Shown one piece after another: positions 61,950-64,000 of a DNA stretch of 64,000 nucleotides (the first letter of the stretch is position 1; every line of letters starts with the position of its first letter). This DNA comes from Lepidodermella squamata. Its lineage: Eukaryota > Animalia > Gastrotricha. The notes beneath the pieces were generated by a model. It ran no database searches, was not told the DNA's origin, and was given only the letters and a program-made list of their open reading frames with translations. Where the stretch lies: NCBI GenBank assembly GCA_047495785.1, contig JBLDXI010000013.1, forward strand, positions 2,046,001-2,110,000. The letters run 5' to 3'. The position numbers and the translations under genes were made by a program.

Positions 61950-61957
61950 TATAAATA
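61950..61957 (+). promoter_or_regulatory. TATA box upstream of the 62021 gene
   Basis: TATAAATA ~65-70 bp before ATG 62021. Confidence 0.5.
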
Positions 61958-62020
61958 GGCGCGGAAAAACACACTCGGTGGAAATAAATTCCTATAATAA
62001 TATCATATCAGTAGAAAATC

Positions 62021-62767
62021 ATGTACGCCAAGTTGGCAATCCTTGCTGTAGCTCTTGCCGCTGTCTACGCTGATAAAGGTGGCAGCAAGCCGGCTGTTTT
62101 GACGGCTGCTGTTTTGCCGGCGCTCCCAGAAGGAGCTGCGCGGCCCCCCAAGCCAGAGGTGATCCCGCTCTCGAACGGAGGACGATGCTTCTGTGCCCCT
62201 GAACCGCCGAAGCCCGATCAAGACGCAAAGCCCGTGGAAGCTCCGAAATCCAAGTCAGACGCTGCCAAGCCGGCCGAAGCTGCCAAGCCAAGCGACAAGG
62301 GTGATACCAAGGCAAAGCCAACTCCTAAGCCCACCGATGGCACCAAGAAGGAGGAAGGCGAGAACAAGAAAAAGCCCACTGAGACTGACAAGAAGAAGCC
62401 AGCAGCCGACACCGATAAGAAGTCGACTGATGAGAAGCCGAAGGCAGCTGAGACTGACAAGAAAAAGCCAGCTGCTGACACCGAGAAGAAACCTGCTGCC
62501 TCTGGTGATAAGAAGTCTGCAGTAAAAGCCAATACTGAAACAACTGCTGACACCTTTGGTAAGGCTATTGCTATCGGAGAACCCCATCCGGGACCGCGCC
62601 CTTGTGGACCGGGACCGCTGCCACATCCGCCAATTCCTGACGAGATTCTCAACGCTCCGGAATTGAAGGAGACCGACAAGTACGAATTCCGCCCGCTTTG
62701 CTCCTGCTTCTTCCCCGCCGCCCAGAAGGCCTCAGCTGCTACTGCTGTTGCTGCTGCTTCTTCGTAA
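62021..62767 (+). CDS. Secreted Lys/Asp/Pro-rich protein (248 aa) with paired CxC motifs
   Basis: Signal MYAKLAILAVALAAVYA; GRCFC; charged repeats (TDKKKPAAD); RPLCSCFFP; GC3-rich codon usage; single exon. Confidence 0.85.
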   Translation: MYAKLAILAVALAAVYADKGGSKPAVLTAAVLPALPEGAARPPKPEVIPLSNGGRCFCAPEPPKPDQDAKPVEAPKSKSDAAKPAEAAKPSDKGDTKAKPTPKPTDGTKKEEGENKKKPTETDKKKPAADTDKKSTDEKPKAAETDKKKPAADTEKKPAASGDKKSAVKANTETTADTFGKAIAIGEPHPGPRPCGPGPLPHPPIPDEILNAPELKETDKYEFRPLCSCFFPAAQKASAATAVAAASS

Positions 62768-63148
62768 TCATCTCAACGTGAGATATTCGCCGATGACTTT
62801 ATATGCAATGATTTTGACTCCAAAAATGTTTCAGCCTAATAAACTCTGTGCTTCTGGATTTTTCGAAACCGAAAAAACATTGTCTTTTGTCTCCAAGAGT
62901 TCGCTAAGACTAAGTAAACACCGTCATTATTGACTTGATTATTCTTGATGCGCCATCAAGTTGACAATGCAAGACGGTTCAAGCCCACCTTATCCGTCCT
63001 AATTCCTATTCTGAGCTAGCTATCCTATTCTAAGCAGGAGTCAGTTTAGTATAAAGCTTTTCCGAAATAACGAAAGGATTTCAGTGATTGAAATAAAAAC
63101 CCGTTGTGCCACTAGAATTATTCAATATTTTCCTACTTCATTTAGACA

Positions 63149-63613
63149 ATGATTCAATTAACTGTTTATATACTTGTTGCCGCTTTTGCTAACGAGTCAT
63201 TCGCCCAGCAAAGCAGCGACAGCGGAACTCGTCCAGCAATTGGGATCTCAGCTAACAACGGGCAACGATACCCACCAGTCGGCGCTCCGCCACCTCGTCC
63301 GCCGCCTAGCGAGGAGATTCAGCTGAAATGCGGCGCTAAATGTTTCTGCGACCAGTTATCAACGGGCAGCAACAACAACAACAACGCCGAGCGGTTTTCA
63401 TCAAGCAGCCGTACAGTGAAATCGGGGCCGCAGGGCAGTGACAACAGTCAAAGCGGATCGTCTCGGCCACAAGCTCCTCTGTCCCTGCCGCCTCCTCCGC
63501 CTCCACCTGCCCGTCCTCCGCGAGAAGTCACAGAGGCTGCCGAGTATAATAACAATTCATTCGACCTTCGAACTCGATGCTGGTGCTTCTTCCCGAAAGG
63601 AGACGCTTGCTAG
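63149..63613 (+). CDS. Secreted Pro/Ser/Asn-rich protein (154 aa), paralog of the 62021 gene
   Basis: Signal MIQLTVYILVAAFANESFA; RPPPSEEIQLKCGAKCFC ... RTRCWCFFP matches the 62021 motifs; TATAAAG at ~63050. Confidence 0.8.
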   Translation: MIQLTVYILVAAFANESFAQQSSDSGTRPAIGISANNGQRYPPVGAPPPRPPPSEEIQLKCGAKCFCDQLSTGSNNNNNAERFSSSSRTVKSGPQGSDNSQSGSSRPQAPLSLPPPPPPPARPPREVTEAAEYNNNSFDLRTRCWCFFPKGDAC

Positions 63614-63829
63614 GAGAGGGGGAGAAAACTCATAATTTCCTTTTTAAGCCCGACTATTGTCCATAACTAGGCTTAGTAGAAGAGGCGTTATTAGTGCAAT
63701 TTGCTTTTTGTGATCAAGTGTTCTTTATTGAGATGCCTATTGTCTTCCGGTAACGCTCTAATGGTAAGAGTTTGACGAGTAAATAAATACGAAATTAGCG
63801 ATTTATTGACAGAAATAATATAATATCAA

Positions 63830-64000
63830 ACATGGAATCTAACAGTCGCACAAGAAAATAGCCTGAATGTAATTGAGATGCGATGGCTTCGAACAATTTT
63901 GGGCATAAAATTATTGGACTTCATACCTAACTACGACCTCAGATTGGTTTGCGGTGGAGTCATAGAGGTCGGAAGGTTGATAGAAAAACAAAGAATGAGA
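63830..64000 (+). mobile_element. RTE-like non-LTR retrotransposon fragment (post-RT region), runs off the window
   Basis: Translation QTWNLTVAQENSLNVIEMRWLRTILGIKLLDFIPNYDLR..IEKQRMR resembles the ETW.L....E..L..FEM..LR.ILG....D.I.N..R motif of RTE-clade ORF2. Confidence 0.65.

Noticed and set aside
62019-62679. Antisense ORFs over the Lys-rich gene (153 aa, 123 aa, 100 aa)
   Set aside because: Mirror of the low-complexity, codon-biased plus-strand CDS, which has the signal peptide and TATA box.
1-64000. CRISPR arrays, operons, rRNA or other prokaryotic systems
   Set aside because: The sequence is eukaryotic; no repeat-spacer arrays or rRNA-like segments were seen.

Overview
Eukaryotic (animal) genomic DNA from a compact-genome invertebrate. 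Most GT-AG introns are ~49-60 bp, so the ORF track fragments most genes; I rebuilt gene models by eye. The window holds a tandem family of eight apparently intact genes encoding signal peptide + temptin-like domain + copper type II (DBH/PHM/MOXD1-like) monooxygenase + Cys-rich domain + GPI-like tail. Seven lie at 0.9-27.7 kb and one at 57.6 kb; there is also a temptin-only gene, a frameshifted pseudogene and an inverted partial copy. The most unusual gene (35460-43893, minus) encodes a ~2,794-aa protein with a signal peptide on a short first exon missed by the ORF track, followed by 18 tandem ADF/cofilin-like domains with N-glycosylation sequons and Thr-rich linkers. It looks like a secreted poly-cofilin, and a divergent single-domain ADF gene lies 6 kb away. 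Also present: an intron-containing, bacterial-type Svx/AvrXca(DUF6055)-like HExxH peptidase with a CBM42/AbfB-like domain (probable HGT); three small secreted Cys-clasp proteins; a GT-A-like Golgi protein; spinster and CEPT1-like genes; an SLC25A22-like pseudogene; a RAG1/Transib-like transposase relic; a 979-bp foldback element with an 8-bp TSD; MITEs; and SINE/LINE fragments. Family assignments come from motif recognition, not database searches.
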